From: Eledone cirrhosa | Taxonomy: Eukaryota | Reading direction: 5' to 3' | Assembly: GCA_964016885.1 (NCBI GenBank) | Contig: OZ024743.1 | Coordinates: forward strand, 28,706,001 to 28,770,000 | DNA: 64,000 bases | Shown here: positions 11,673 through 24,895 of the stretch, one piece after another | Numbering within the stretch: position 1 is the stretch's first letter | How the letters are laid out: each line of letters begins with the position of its first letter | Translations under genes and position numbers: made by a program | Notes under the pieces: generated by a model | The model's input: the letters and a program-made list of their open reading frames with translations, nothing else | What the model was told of the DNA's origin: nothing | The model's database searches: none

Positions 11673-13805
11673 CTATCCGTTAGAGTATAACGTGGGGCTG
11701 TAATACAGGAAAGTTTTGTGCAATTTATGTTTACAAGCCGAAATTGCCTCAGATTTTTTGTTTAAGATGTGGTGGTCTGTGGCGTAGAGTATTTCCAGGG
11801 CCTCAGCGGCGCAGAGGTCACATGGTCTTTTATTTCCGTTATACGATCTAGCCCTAGCTAGGATCTCCCAGTGTAACTTATATTGGGTGTGGTTGTCTTT
11901 TAGACTCCAGATATAAGCTGAAAGTGACGTCATATTCCTTCTTAGAGGGTAACGAAAATAATGGGTATGCATGTAAAGACGCTGCTTGAATCTATTGGCG
12001 GTTAACCCTATATAGGCCCTACGGAACGTGGGTGTTACAACCTTACATTTGTAGACAATGTTACTAGAGAGGCATTTCCCGGATAGGGGGCAATCAGCCC
12101 TATTCCTACAATTACAGTTAGTACTAACTACAGGGTTGCACGTGTTCCTACAGCTAGGTAGTTTAGCTAAATTTGAAGCTGTGACGTTATGTGCAAGGTT
12201 AGGAGTCGTAAAGTAAGAAATTTTAATAGTATTTCTATTAAAAATTTTACTATATTTATGTGTAGGGGGAAAATGCTTCGTAATAAGGGAAAGAAAGATC
12301 TTAGCTAATGGTGTGGCCACCTCCATATTATATGGTGGGTTAAACCAACAAATGCGACGGGATCTATTTCTTCTAGGTCTATGTTCATACTCTGTATATG
12401 CTACCTTATCGACAAATCCACTTCGAGCAAGAGCTTCATTGTAATACGTGGAATGGTCGTTGAAAATGCGCTCGTTGGTGGAAAGACGGGAAAGCCTCAA
12501 CGAAACGTTTCTTACCAGGTTCTTGGTTATGCTGGCAGGATGGTTGGAATGCTTACTTATGTAATTAAGCGTATCATTCGGCTTTCTATACGGGTAATAC
12601 AACCCATTCAATAAATTGAGGGTAACGTCGAGGTAATTAACGACCGAGAGATTGGCCTCAACCTGTATAGAGAGGTTGAAGCATTTAAAGAAGGCTGTGA
12701 GTTCTTTTCTGAACCTGTCGCAAGCACGAGGTTCGCACTTAGTCATGGTCAAAAGACCATCGTCACGGTACAAACCACCGCCCGCGTTGGGGAATTCGTC
12801 CTTGATAGAGAAAAGAAGGAAAAGGCCAATAAGATCAGTAACCTCCGCAGAGTCACTGGCGCCCATACTCACGTCGAATGGGGTACTTTTGGATTTTTTA
12901 ATCCAAATAGAGTCGTCGAAATTAATCACCGACTTTCGGGCATTAAGGATGACATCAACTTCAAAATCCTTAACCACTGTGAGTGTTTTAGCGAAATTGA
13001 TAGCTCTGAGGAGAAGTGGTAAAGTGATGGAGGAGTAGTAATTGTTGATGTCGAATTGGATAAAACGGCAATGTTCCTTGTTACATATGCCGTTGAACCA
13101 ATCAATAACCGCGAAAGAATTGTTCCACAGTGCGAGAGGGGCCAAACTTCTAATTTCAGGTATAATTCTATCAAGAATCGTTTTACTAATTCTACCTAAA
13201 TCGGACTTCGTAGGGTTAATAAGCCGAATAGAGGGGTTGTTCGGAAAATTGGATTTGTGATCCTTCAGGGTAAAGTGGGGAGAGATAGGGTCCAGAGGTT
13301 CGGTCCGGTCCAGGATGTTGAGATCAGATGTGATTTTAAACCCAGCATCGTTGATTTCATTGATGACGCACCGATTAGTTTTACGGTAATCCTTAGTTAC
13401 AGCATTATGTAGTAGTTGATGGTAAGTACTGCGCTCCACTTGATATAGGTTGCCAGTTTTGTCGGAATGGACGTGCACGGCGTTAGAATCCTTAATAGAA
13501 CGAATTCTATTCTTCAGGTCTTGCTGGAAAGAATTGCTCCTATTCCGAAATTTGATATTCAGAATGAGTTCCAAGACATCATTTTCGAAGGGTAGCAATG
13601 CTGGGTTCCACGGAGGGTTATTATAAGTTTTAAATCCAAATTTATCCCGTTTGTTGTCTGCTTTTCGCGGATTATCGAAATAAAAGGCACGCCAACGCAA
13701 CCTTTTAATGAACGCGTCTGTTTTCTGTATCAGGAGTTTTAGGTATGTTTTCCTGCTTGGTACGGGTATGTTCTTTGTAAAAATATTCAGATGTTGTTTC
13801 TGCAT
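11673..13805 (-). CDS. Penelope-like reverse transcriptase with C-terminal GIY-YIG endonuclease (710 aa)
   Basis: N-terminal KNIP..LIQK..FIKRLRW, SDKT motif, RT motifs FDINNYY / MGASDSAEV / YRDDGL, CNCR..CPL..C linker, IVYKC...YIG..FKQR..H GIY-YIG, CDLC..E and CKH; no internal stop. Confidence 0.93.
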   Translation of the reverse strand: MQKQHLNIFTKNIPVPSRKTYLKLLIQKTDAFIKRLRWRAFYFDNPRKADNKRDKFGFKTYNNPPWNPALLPFENDVLELILNIKFRNRSNSFQQDLKNRIRSIKDSNAVHVHSDKTGNLYQVERSTYHQLLHNAVTKDYRKTNRCVINEINDAGFKITSDLNILDRTEPLDPISPHFTLKDHKSNFPNNPSIRLINPTKSDLGRISKTILDRIIPEIRSLAPLALWNNSFAVIDWFNGICNKEHCRFIQFDINNYYSSITLPLLLRAINFAKTLTVVKDFEVDVILNARKSVINFDDSIWIKKSKSTPFDVSMGASDSAEVTDLIGLFLLFSIKDEFPNAGGGLYRDDGLLTMTKCEPRACDRFRKELTAFFKCFNLSIQVEANLSVVNYLDVTLNLLNGLYYPYRKPNDTLNYISKHSNHPASITKNLVRNVSLRLSRLSTNERIFNDHSTYYNEALARSGFVDKVAYTEYEHRPRRNRSRRICWFNPPYNMEVATPLAKIFLSLITKHFPPTHKYSKIFNRNTIKISYFTTPNLAHNVTASNLAKLPSCRNTCNPVVSTNCNCRNRADCPLSGKCLSSNIVYKCKVVTPTFRRAYIGLTANRFKQRLYMHTHYFRYPLRRNMTSLSAYIWSLKDNHTQYKLHWEILARARSYNGNKRPCDLCAAEALEILYATDHHILNKKSEAISACKHKLHKTFLYYSPTLYSNG

Positions 13806-13982
13806 GATGAATATAAGTCAGTAGAGTGCTCTACGGTTCTTATATATTTGATATATATTTTCCTTATCGAGCCCTCTTTGGATTTTAGTCTTCAATTTTA
13901 TTATTATTACTATACATACATATATATATATATATTTATATATTTATTTATTATTAGTACAGATTAAATTGTTATATATACT

Positions 13983-14034
<52 letters not shown>

Positions 14035-14039
<5 letters not shown>

Positions 14040-15031
14040 ATACATTAACAGAGAAAGCTTAAAGCTTCGAGCTATACTCTGACTGGCTTCCATCTCACTC
14101 AACAAACATTAGGATATACCTTAGTATAATCCCAATTTTACGTTTGAGGTGCTAACTATATGTATTTTGCGGATAGCCAGTTGTATTATTTTATATGAGA
14201 CATAATTAAAATACATCTCCCTTTCCAAACAATTGTTTCATTATAAGTTTTCTACAAGTTGGGAAAAATGTGTCCAGGTTATGTAGAAGCCTACACGTAT
14301 TCCGTTGGAATATATGCAGGTGGGCACTTATAAATCATCAGTGGATGCCCGTCAAACATCGATATAAAAAACACTTTCTTACCGATATTCAATGTCCAAC
14401 GATGTTCCCTCTCCGTATCAGAATGACCGCCAAATTTGAAATTCTAGCAGTCTCAGAATGAGAAAGTTTACACTGTCATCAAGCGGAAAGGGGAGGTCAT
14501 CGCGAAACATAATAAAATAATATGCACGCGGGTCAATTAATTTTTTCAATAATTTTAACCTTGCGTGTGAAGAACTCAATTAGATTTTTAAAAAATAAAT
14601 ATATGCATGTATTATTTATACACGCATATAGGTATTTTCTTAGGCTAAAAACAGAGATATGATACCAGAATAACAATCAATATTTCATAGCAATAATAAA
14701 TACGGAAAGTAACACTTAAAAGGTATCTGGAAATATTCATCTCTGGCCAAATCAAGAGTATAATATTTAATACATTAACAGAGAAAGCTTAAAGCTTCAA
14801 GCTATACTCTGACTGGCTTCCATCTCACTCAACAAACATTAGGATATACCTTAGTATAATCCCAATTTTACGTTTGGGGTGCTAACTATATGTATTTTGC
14901 GGATAGCCAGTTGTATTATTTTATATGAGACATAATTAAAATACATCTCCCTTTCCAAACAATTGTTTCATTATAAGTTTTCTACAAGTTGGGAAATATG
15001 TGTCCAGGTTATGTAGAAGCCTGCACGTATT
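14035..15031. repeat. Direct duplication of ~266 bp (14035-14301 and 14766-15031)
   Basis: ATTTAATACATTAACAGAGAAAGC...GAAGCCTRCACGTATT occurs twice, 731 bp apart, with few differences. Confidence 0.9.
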
Positions 15032-15425
15032 AGTGAGTACAGTGAATCTTTTAAAATTTATTTTGAAACTTTTTCTTAATTGCTAAACCTTGATTACAAA
15101 TGTTCTGGCTCGTTAATTTATTAACCTGCCATTGAACCACATTGGCATATGGTTGGACAATACATGTGTCCCTAGACGCTTTTTGCGTGTAGGGATATAT
15201 ACTTTATTATTATTATACTCCTCTTGGTCGAGATAAAATTTGGTTGTTCTGACTGCTGCTATTTATAGTGGTAGTAGACTGACCTCCCTGCCTCTGCTTC
15301 TATCTTTACACACGGCACTGGACAGAATTGCTTCCACATCATTCATTCTCATCTCGGGAACAATTTTGCATAGCGCCAGTTTGTAATTTGAACTCGGGAA
15401 TTTTATATTCTCCGAGTGGAAAGAC

Positions 15426-15510
15426 CCTTCTGACGAGAGTTTATCTTTTCAATGGAAGGCCGCAATGACTGTCCATATATTTTTGAGACTCGAAACCGAT
15501 TCGGTAAAGG
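15426..15510 (+). ncRNA. Type I hammerhead ribozyme, copy 1
   Basis: cctt-CTGACGA-gagttt...agactc-GAAA-ccgattcgg-TA^aagg; canonical core with GUA triad. Confidence 0.85.
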
Positions 15511-15911
15511 TAACCATAGTGAGTACAGTGAATCTTTTAAAATTTATTTTGAAACTTTTTCTTATTTGCTAAACCTTGATTACATATGTTCTGGCTCGTT
15601 AATTTATTAACCTGCCATTGAACCACATTGGCATATGGTTGGACAATACATGTGTCCCTAGACGCTTTTTGCGTGTAGGGATATATACTTTATTATTATT
15701 ATACTCCTCTTGGTCGAGATAAAATTTGGTTGTTCTGACTGCTGCTATTTATAGTGGTAGTAGACTGACCTCCCTGCCTCTGCTTCTATCTTTACACACG
15801 GCACTGGACAGAATTGCTTCCACATCATTCATTCTCATCTCGGGAACAATTTTGCATAGCGCCAGTTCGTAATTTGAACTCGGGAATTTTATATTCTCCG
15901 AGTGGAAAGAC

Positions 15912-15996
15912 CCTTCTGACGAGAGTTTATCTTTTCAATGGAAGGCCGCAAGGACTGTCCATTTATTTTTGAGACTCGAAACCGATTCGGTAAAGG
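15912..15996 (+). ncRNA. Type I hammerhead ribozyme, copy 2
   Basis: Same fold, CTGACGA at 15916. Confidence 0.85.
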
Positions 15997-16397
15997 TAAC
16001 CATAGTGAGTACAGTGAATCTTTTAAAATTTATTTTGAAACTTTTTCTTATTTGCTAAACCTTGATTACATATGTTCTGGCTCGTTAATTTATTAACCTG
16101 CCATTGAACCACATTGGCATATGGTTGGACAATACATGTGTCCCTAGACGCTTTTTGCGTGTAGGGATATATACTTTATTATTATTATACTCCTCTTGGT
16201 CGAGATAAAATTTGGTCGTTCTGACTGCTGCTATTTGTAGTGGTAGTAGACTGACCTCCCTGCCTCTGCTTCTATCTTTACACACGGCACTGGACAGAAT
16301 TGCTTCCACATCATTCATTCTCATCTCGGGAACAATTTTGAATAGCGCCAGTTCGTAATTTGAACTCGGTAATTTTATATTCTCCAAGTGAAAAGAC

Positions 16398-16482
16398 CCT
16401 TCTGACGAGAGTTTATTTTTTCAATGGAAGGCCGCAAGGACTGTCCATTTATTTTTGAGACTCGAAACCGATTCGGTAAAGG
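16398..16482 (+). ncRNA. Type I hammerhead ribozyme, copy 3
   Basis: Same fold, CTGACGA at 16402. Confidence 0.85.
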
Positions 16483-16552
16483 TAACCATAGTGAGTACAG
16501 TGAATCTTTTAAAATTTATTTTGAAACTTTTTCTTATTTGCTAAACCTTGAT

Positions 16553-16583
<31 letters not shown>

Positions 16584-16679
16584 ATAAGGAAAAATAAAAG
16601 ATAAGGAAATTAAAGATAAGAGATAAAACGTAATGGGTAGAGTCTAGAAGTAAGGATAAAAGAAAGATAAGGATAAAAG

Positions 16680-18501
16680 AAATGCTATTAAGAAATTTAG
16701 GTCGTCTAATAAAACCTTCGTTCTTTCCGACAAAATTAATAATATTTACGAAGTCGACAATACCACTTTCCGCCACCTGTCCCATAACGTTATTACTTCT
16801 AAATATAAGAAAGCTAACCCTATGGCCTACCACGGCATTAATACAGAAGCCAAGGAACTTGCCGCCGACCTTAAGGTAGATAATAAGCTACAATCTCTAG
16901 CTAAGCGGGAGGCGTTCTTCACCCTGAAAGATCACAAGGTAGACTTTACTTCTAACCCCACCTGTAGACTAATAAAATTGGCACGCACAGATTTGTGAGT
17001 AGTCAGTAAGGCCATAACTTAGAAACATAGTTATGACCATTAGGACCAAGTCCAACCTGCCCCAGTGGGGGAACAGCGACTCCGTAATTAATTGGTTTAA
17101 CTCGTTAAAATCCAAAAAAGCGAAGTTCACACAGTTTGACATTGTCGATTTTTACCCGTCGATCTCAGAGACCCTGTTAAACAAAGCGTTGGACTTCGCT
17201 ACCACTTACACTACCGTCGATGGTTTAGACCGGAAAATCATCGCTCACTGCCGGAAAACCCTCCTCTTCAGTGATGGAGTAGCCTGGACAAGAAGTCTAC
17301 AACTTCAGACCTATTCGACGTCTCCATGGGATCGTTTGACAGTGCTGACGTATGTGACTTGGTTGGCCTATTTATCTTAGACATATTACGTATTAGATTC
17401 CCAGACTTCCACACGGGAATATACCGCGACGATGGACTGACTTTATCGAGCCATAAAAGTGGTCACGACCTCGACCGGTTTAAAAAAGACTTAGCTTCTC
17501 CCTTCAATGAGTTAGGACTTGGGATAACAGTAGACACCAACCTCTCTAGCGTAGATTTCTTAGATATTAATTTAGACCTTCACACACACACACACAGACC
17601 CTTCCATAAGCTAAACGAGAAACTCAATTACATTCACAAGGACTCATGCCACCCTCCCACTGTTTTTAGAAACTTCGTTAAGGATATCAATACTAGAATC
17701 TCAAACCTCTCCTCTAATAAGGCTATCTTTGACAGGGCGGCCCCCTACTATAACACGGCGTTAGCTAACAGCGGCTTCTCACAACCTATCACTTACTCTC
17801 CCACTAGCAACAACACCATTAAGAAAAGTAAGCGCAACAATAGACAAACTATCTGGTTCTCTCCTCCCTTCTCACTCAACGTTAAAACCAATTTTGGAAA
17901 AATATTTCTAGCCTTCTTAGATAGACACTTTCCCATAGGTCATAAATACCGCTCAATCTTTAACCGACACAGAGTTAAACTAGGATACTCCTGCGCTAAG
18001 AACATGAAGGCCCACATCACCAGCAGCCCTAGGAGCAACACCCTACCAGGGTGCTCTTGCCGTAAGCCTGAGGCTTGCCTCCTTCAACAGCAATGCAACA
18101 CACCAGCTGTAATTTATGAAGCTGTAGTCACTTCCAACCGACCAAACGAACCACAGGAGGTCAAAAACTATGTGGGCATGGCGGAGGGCCGATTTAAGGA
18201 ACGTTTCTTGAACCACCAGTATACCTTCAGGTACCCGGACAGACGTTCATCCACGAAACTCGCGAGCCACGTATGGTCCCTCAAGGACTCAAGTATAAAC
18301 TATTCCATTCAATGGAAAGCCATCACTAAGTCCAAGCCACACGCAAGGGGAAATCCGAGGTGTGGCTTATGTATTGACGAACGAATAACTATTCTAAAGA
18401 AATTACGCAATTGTGATTGCCAAAACCCGAGAAATGAATTTTTCACACGTTGTCCACACGTCGCCACACACCTATTGCATAACTACAAGGCTCCGGACTG
18501 A
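16680..18501 (+). pseudogene. Penelope-like (Naiad-like) RT-GIY-YIG ORF, 5'-truncated, with stops and frameshifts
   Basis: SDKINNIY..TLKDHK..CRLI, then FTQFDIVDFYPSI, MGSFDSADVCDLVG, YRDDGL, IWFSPPF, CSCR..C, VIYEA..YVG..FKER..H and CGLC; paralogous to 11673-13805. Confidence 0.9.
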
Positions 18502-18651
18502 TTATTTGTAATTTTATTTTCAATCTAGAAACATTTCGGACTTTCGCAGTTATCTCCCTTACACCTCTCGCACGCAGTCTAGTATTGCCTATGTGAAGTG
18601 ACCGGGTTTCTGCGCATGCGCGTTCATACGGTTGTCCTTCCTGTTCCTATA

Positions 18652-18709
18652 ACCATGCCCATTTCGAGCTGAGGATCCGCTAAGGTGAAACAATTGTTCT
18701 CGGTATGGT
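18652..18709 (+). ncRNA. Type I hammerhead ribozyme in the PLE 3' UTR
   Basis: cgag-CTGAGGA-tcc gctaa ggt-GAAA-caattg-TT^ctcg; stem I extended by ccatgc/gtatgg; palindromic stem III AACAATTGTT. Confidence 0.85.
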
Positions 18710-18825
18710 GAACTAGCTGTTGTGTAACCACTTCTACCTAACTCGTCCCATGGACTGAGTGCTCTACCACTACGGATATTACCTTCCAGTGTTCCACCAC
18801 TATATATTTATATGTATATATATAA

Positions 18826-19789
<964 letters not shown>

Positions 19790-20111
19790 TTTGTGTGTAT
19801 GTGTGTGTGATCGTGTGTGCCTATATTTATGTATGACACCAGATGATATACCGTATTAAATATTTAACTTGGTTCCATCGATATGTCATATTTTTAGCTG
19901 CGTCTAAGCACATAAATATCACATTTCATAATCATAGATATTTCCTTTTATTAATATAACAAGTAACTTTCAACATTCAAAGGCTATTTTTATACTAACA
20001 AACCGCCTCCATATCGACAACAAATACGTAATTACATGTATATACATGCATATACACATGCACACACATATATACACACACATACACTCACACAAACACA
20101 GGCACACTAAC

Positions 20112-20165
<54 letters not shown>

Positions 20166-20357
20166 TTCAGTGTATGTATGTATGTATTTATGTATGTATG
20201 TGCATGCATACATTCATACACATGCATACATAATATATGCATACATATATATATACACTCAAATATATATATATGTGTGTGCTGTCTGTATGTATGTGTG
20301 TATATGTGTGTATATCCATCTCTCTCCCTCTCATTATATATATATATATACACACAC

Positions 20358-20424
<67 letters not shown>

Positions 20425-20431
20425 CATACAT

Positions 20432-20463
<32 letters not shown>

Positions 20464-23339
20464 GATGTATGACATATTTGATATAGAAATAGGATAAGAT
20501 AAATGAGGATATTCAGACATTGATACGATTTCATTTTATTTAGACTGATGTGAATACATTGATATTATACTGCGTAGAAATGTAAATATTGCCTCATGAA
20601 GCAGTAATTCTAAGACAGTGTTTTCTTTTTATTACTCTGCCTCGTAAACACAAGTAACATTGGCTTTTCATTAATCATTTTTATTACTATTTAATTAAGC
20701 AAGGCGGCGCAAAATCCAATAATTCAATTGTTCTCAAAATGGAGAAATCAATGCGGTTGATGTCCAACTTTGAAGCTATGATGTAGACTTGACCCTTGTG
20801 GTCGGTCATGGTATCCATTCCACAATGACGTGGTTCTCTGTTTAAACCCACTGTGCAGCAACATGTGTCTGCTACTATACCATAGCATCAAGTTGATCCT
20901 AGAGCTCTGGAATATATTACGCATTTGGAATGTCTGTAACGTCTGTTGTTGTCAGCCATAATCGAGTAGGTCAATGACCAAAGATCAAAGGTATTCCAGA
21001 TTTAACTGTCCAATCTATTTAGGAATAAATAACGTTATATTATTCAATGTTTGCTTCGTGCTTTTAAGACTATAGTATATGACATGAGCAAATTTAGCTA
21101 TTATTTCAAATAGGTCGAGCGACCTTCCTAGCTCATTGTCTGTAGCTGGTTTATATGGTAGCATAATCCATCAAGGAGGCCAATTTGCAGAGTCATTAGC
21201 GCATCAGGTTAAAAATACTTTGGAATTTGTTACGACTCACTGTACTCAACGTTCACAGTTTGCCTCTCGCGCTTTCGCGGTCTGGAAGAAATCGATTGTG
21301 TCCAGACTTGGAGAGAGATGGCCTGTGGTAGCTTTGAAAATTCCCAAGACACATCAGGTCTTCAGTCACATCCTCTACAAATTGGTGTCCTCTACAAGGA
21401 TGGTGTCGTCAGAAGCAATATCTCTGACAGCAGCTGAGACATCACCCGTTATTCTAATTATTGTGAGTCTAACATTTTCTGACAGTGTACCATACATATC
21501 GTTGTGCTGTTTTGCAGAACATCATTCGCTACACACGTACCACATTGCAGTAGAGCTGTCCAGCTTTCCTGGGCGTGTAGCCATGCTCATTAAAATCCAC
21601 TCCAAGAAGCTGATTTATCCTTTCATATAACAATTTGCTTCGAGTATGCAAATTTGCCTCATGGCTGCACTTCGACAATTAGAGGCTAGGAAATTGTCAC
21701 ATTGAGGTAATGCGATATTCAAAGTACCTTTGAATCGATCATAAGCCTGTGCATCCTTTATTAAGTCTTTGGTAGATGTGGTCACTGTAGTAACAATAAT
21801 TGCCTCTATCTCATCTAGTTCAGTCCTGTAAACTTAGTATAATTATGAGTACCTAAATAATGCGCTAATTGTAGGCTACATGTTTAGAGTATTATGTAGA
21901 GATCTTCGAAGACATGTTTCATTTGTCTACATTTCTTGGCTAAATGTTTATGGTTACAAATGTCATCATAGAATATATGTCTTTGTCTAGTTACCTGCAG
22001 CATTCCTTATCGGATATTAAAAAATAATAAGATCATTGATAAAGATATTGTTTAATTGTATTGTAGTTTTATTCTCTTTACAGTCAGTTAGAAACATTTA
22101 TTTTATCTAAACTCCAGCCCTATGGTCCGCGTATCATTAATAATGTTGGTATATCCCTTCCAGTTATCCACAAAGAAGCTATGCTTCACACTATTGTACC
22201 TATGCTTCTTTGAATCAATAATATAGCCTTTTGATTTACTCAACAATATATAATTTGTTAATTGCAATTATAAACAGTTTGTGATAGTTTATCGTATCAA
22301 AGTCAATAAAATCACTTCCTGTAATCAACTTCATGGTAGTGGCCTAGGACGAAGCCAACTTATCTTTCACATTGCTTACCGTTTTTGAAACTTTAACCAA
22401 CGCTTCACTGATCCCTTAATACTTACACCCAGTTATTTCATTCCAGGAAGTTGGCTCTCGGGCTTCTTTAACCATCCATGTCTTTTTTTTTTGTTCAGAT
22501 TATATATTGAGGAAATCAAAGGCAGGCGCTAATACCACAAAATATTTCACGGGATCATATAAGATACATAAGTAAACATACATACAAACACACATATATC
22601 CATGTACAGTTAATAAACATTTGTAATGTATATCTCCTCTTTACCATCAAGAGCACTTTTGCTGTTATCCCTGTTGCTTGATTCAGTTCATATACTAATT
22701 TCTTATCTAGACTCCTAAAAGAAATACAATTGGGAAACAAATTATTTTCTTCAACTGAAAATTAATTTAATAGACACACATAGACAAATCCAACTATAAA
22801 CACGTATCTTCTAACGTGATACACAAAAATTCAATGCGACGCATGCGCACGCGCAAATATATCTAGAGGTGTATATGTGAGAGTGTGCATGGTGAACTAG
22901 TAAAATATCTGTGTATGTGTTTAAGCGTGTGGTGTGTATTCTTGTGAGATTTTGAAATGTATATACGCATATATTCGAATATATGTCGTGATAAATAGCA
23001 ATACAATCATCATAATCTTATGATTTCATACTGTTTTTATTTTATTCATTAGTATATATCTAAACAAGTATTTAGTTTAGCAGCGAAGGGATTCCTGGCA
23101 CCGAGAGACAAAGCTATTGAAATTTGCCCCTTTAATCTTTATTTGTAAATTGTTCACTAATGTTTCATTTTAACGTAGATAAGAGTAATGGCATTTGGGT
23201 GTTTTTATTTTATTTTATTTTATTTCATGTTTGCTGGGCTTTTGCCTCGTTTGTTTGGTTTCTTTTCTTTGTTTCTTTTTTTTTCAAGAAATAAACTTAG
23301 CGCCTCTCTTCTGTAAAATAACAGCTCACACCCTTCTTA

Positions 23340-23532
23340 CAATAATTGTTTCTACGTTTGGCACAAGGCCAGCAATTACCACAGTGCATTACTGGTACTT
23401 TATTTGATCGACCTCGTAAAGATGAAAGGCAAAATTAACCTTGGCGGGATTTGAACTCAGATCATAAAGGGACGTAACTCTATGCTGCAAAGCATGACGT
23501 CAGATCTTCTACCAATACTGCCAAACCACCGT
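23340..23532 (-). mobile_element. tRNA-derived SINE (family A)
   Basis: CGGTGGTTTGGCAGTATTGGTAG..GAGTTCAAATCCCGCC..GGCCTTGTGCCAAA. Confidence 0.8.
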
Positions 23533-23761
23533 TGTTACAATAATACTCGCAGCTTCTTTTCCCAGAAGACGGATAACTAAAACTGTTTTTGTTGTTGTTT
23601 AGCCCTGAGTCGGCCTTCATTGAGTAAAGAGATCATAATCACGTCTTTTATCTTTTCAAACATTCAAATATATTTATACATTTTCCTTTCTTTCTCACTC
23701 TCTCCCACGCTTTCTCTCCCCTTCTCACTTCCGCTTCTTCTTCCACTTATTCGTGAGCGGA

Positions 23762-23804
<43 letters not shown>

Positions 23805-23805
23805 A

Positions 23806-23894
<89 letters not shown>

Positions 23895-24746
23895 TGAGGT
23901 TATACACAATCACAGAGGGGGTAAATCCCAGTAGAGTAATCGAAAATAAGGACTCTTTACAAGCATCTTTCCCTAGAGATAAAGTCATAGTTAAGCAACC
24001 TAAAGCTAAAAGCCTTCACTAAGTTCCTTACTGCAGTTTCCAAGATCAAGAACAGTACTGACCATCCCAATAGATTGAGACAGTCCATTCGGACAAAAAA
24101 TCTTTTTTGTCAGGTGGTTTCTGTAATGTATTAAAAAAATCTTAGTAAAGAAAGGAGTGCGGGACTGCGTCCAGAATATTTTTTTTTTAACCCGTTTGTA
24201 AAATAAGTTGGATTACTTTGAATAAATAATGAATGGATATTACATAATTTATGTGCTAAATTTCGTGGCTGTTGATTAAATATATTTTATAGCTTATTTA
24301 AAGATTCACTTCTTTAACATTTTCAAATCTCAACACTTCCGGTTAGCGATCGTTTAAATAAATATTTATATATTTTCGTCACTAATTTTCTCCGAATGCA
24401 GTTTATATATAATATCGTCTTTTTTTAATGTATCATGGATTACGTTACTGATTACATAAGACAGTGTAACACAGTCTTCGTTCAATTTCTGTGTATATTG
24501 TCAATTACTATTTTATTTGATGTATCATATCTACATGCATATATACTTGCGTATAATATCAATAAAACACACTATACATGCTAGCAGAAAACCACCCGAA
24601 GGGTTGTTTTTCTGCTGGTATATATAAACCTGTTAAATGACAGTTTATCTTCACCGATCCAACACGGTGCAAGAAAAAAAGAATTACACGCATGCGTAGG
24701 TTTCTGAATTAAATTTATTTTCGCGACATGTTTTTATTATGTATGA

Positions 24747-24895
<149 letters not shown>

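Larger units (their letters stand above)
15031..16553 (+). repeat. 486-bp tandem array (3.1 units), one hammerhead per unit (retrozyme-like)
   Basis: Units start at 15031, 15517, 16003 and 16489 (TAGTGAGTACAGTGAATC); only scattered substitutions; ends in (TA)n. Confidence 0.95.

Noticed and set aside
12381-13260. Plus-strand and alternate-frame ORFs overlapping the PLE
   Set aside because: Shadow ORFs of the 710-aa RT gene
16085-16387. 100-aa minus-strand ORF in the third tandem unit
   Set aside because: Units 1 and 2 have a TAA at the equivalent CAA codon, and there is no recognisable domain
16996-16998. In-frame TGA in the second PLE as possible selenocysteine
   Set aside because: It aligns to Gly (SDLGRISK in the intact paralog), so GGA>TGA decay is simpler; the copy also has frameshifts
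21136-21630. 164-aa ORF
   Set aside because: Non-ATG start, no recognisable motif or splice support; probably decayed repeat
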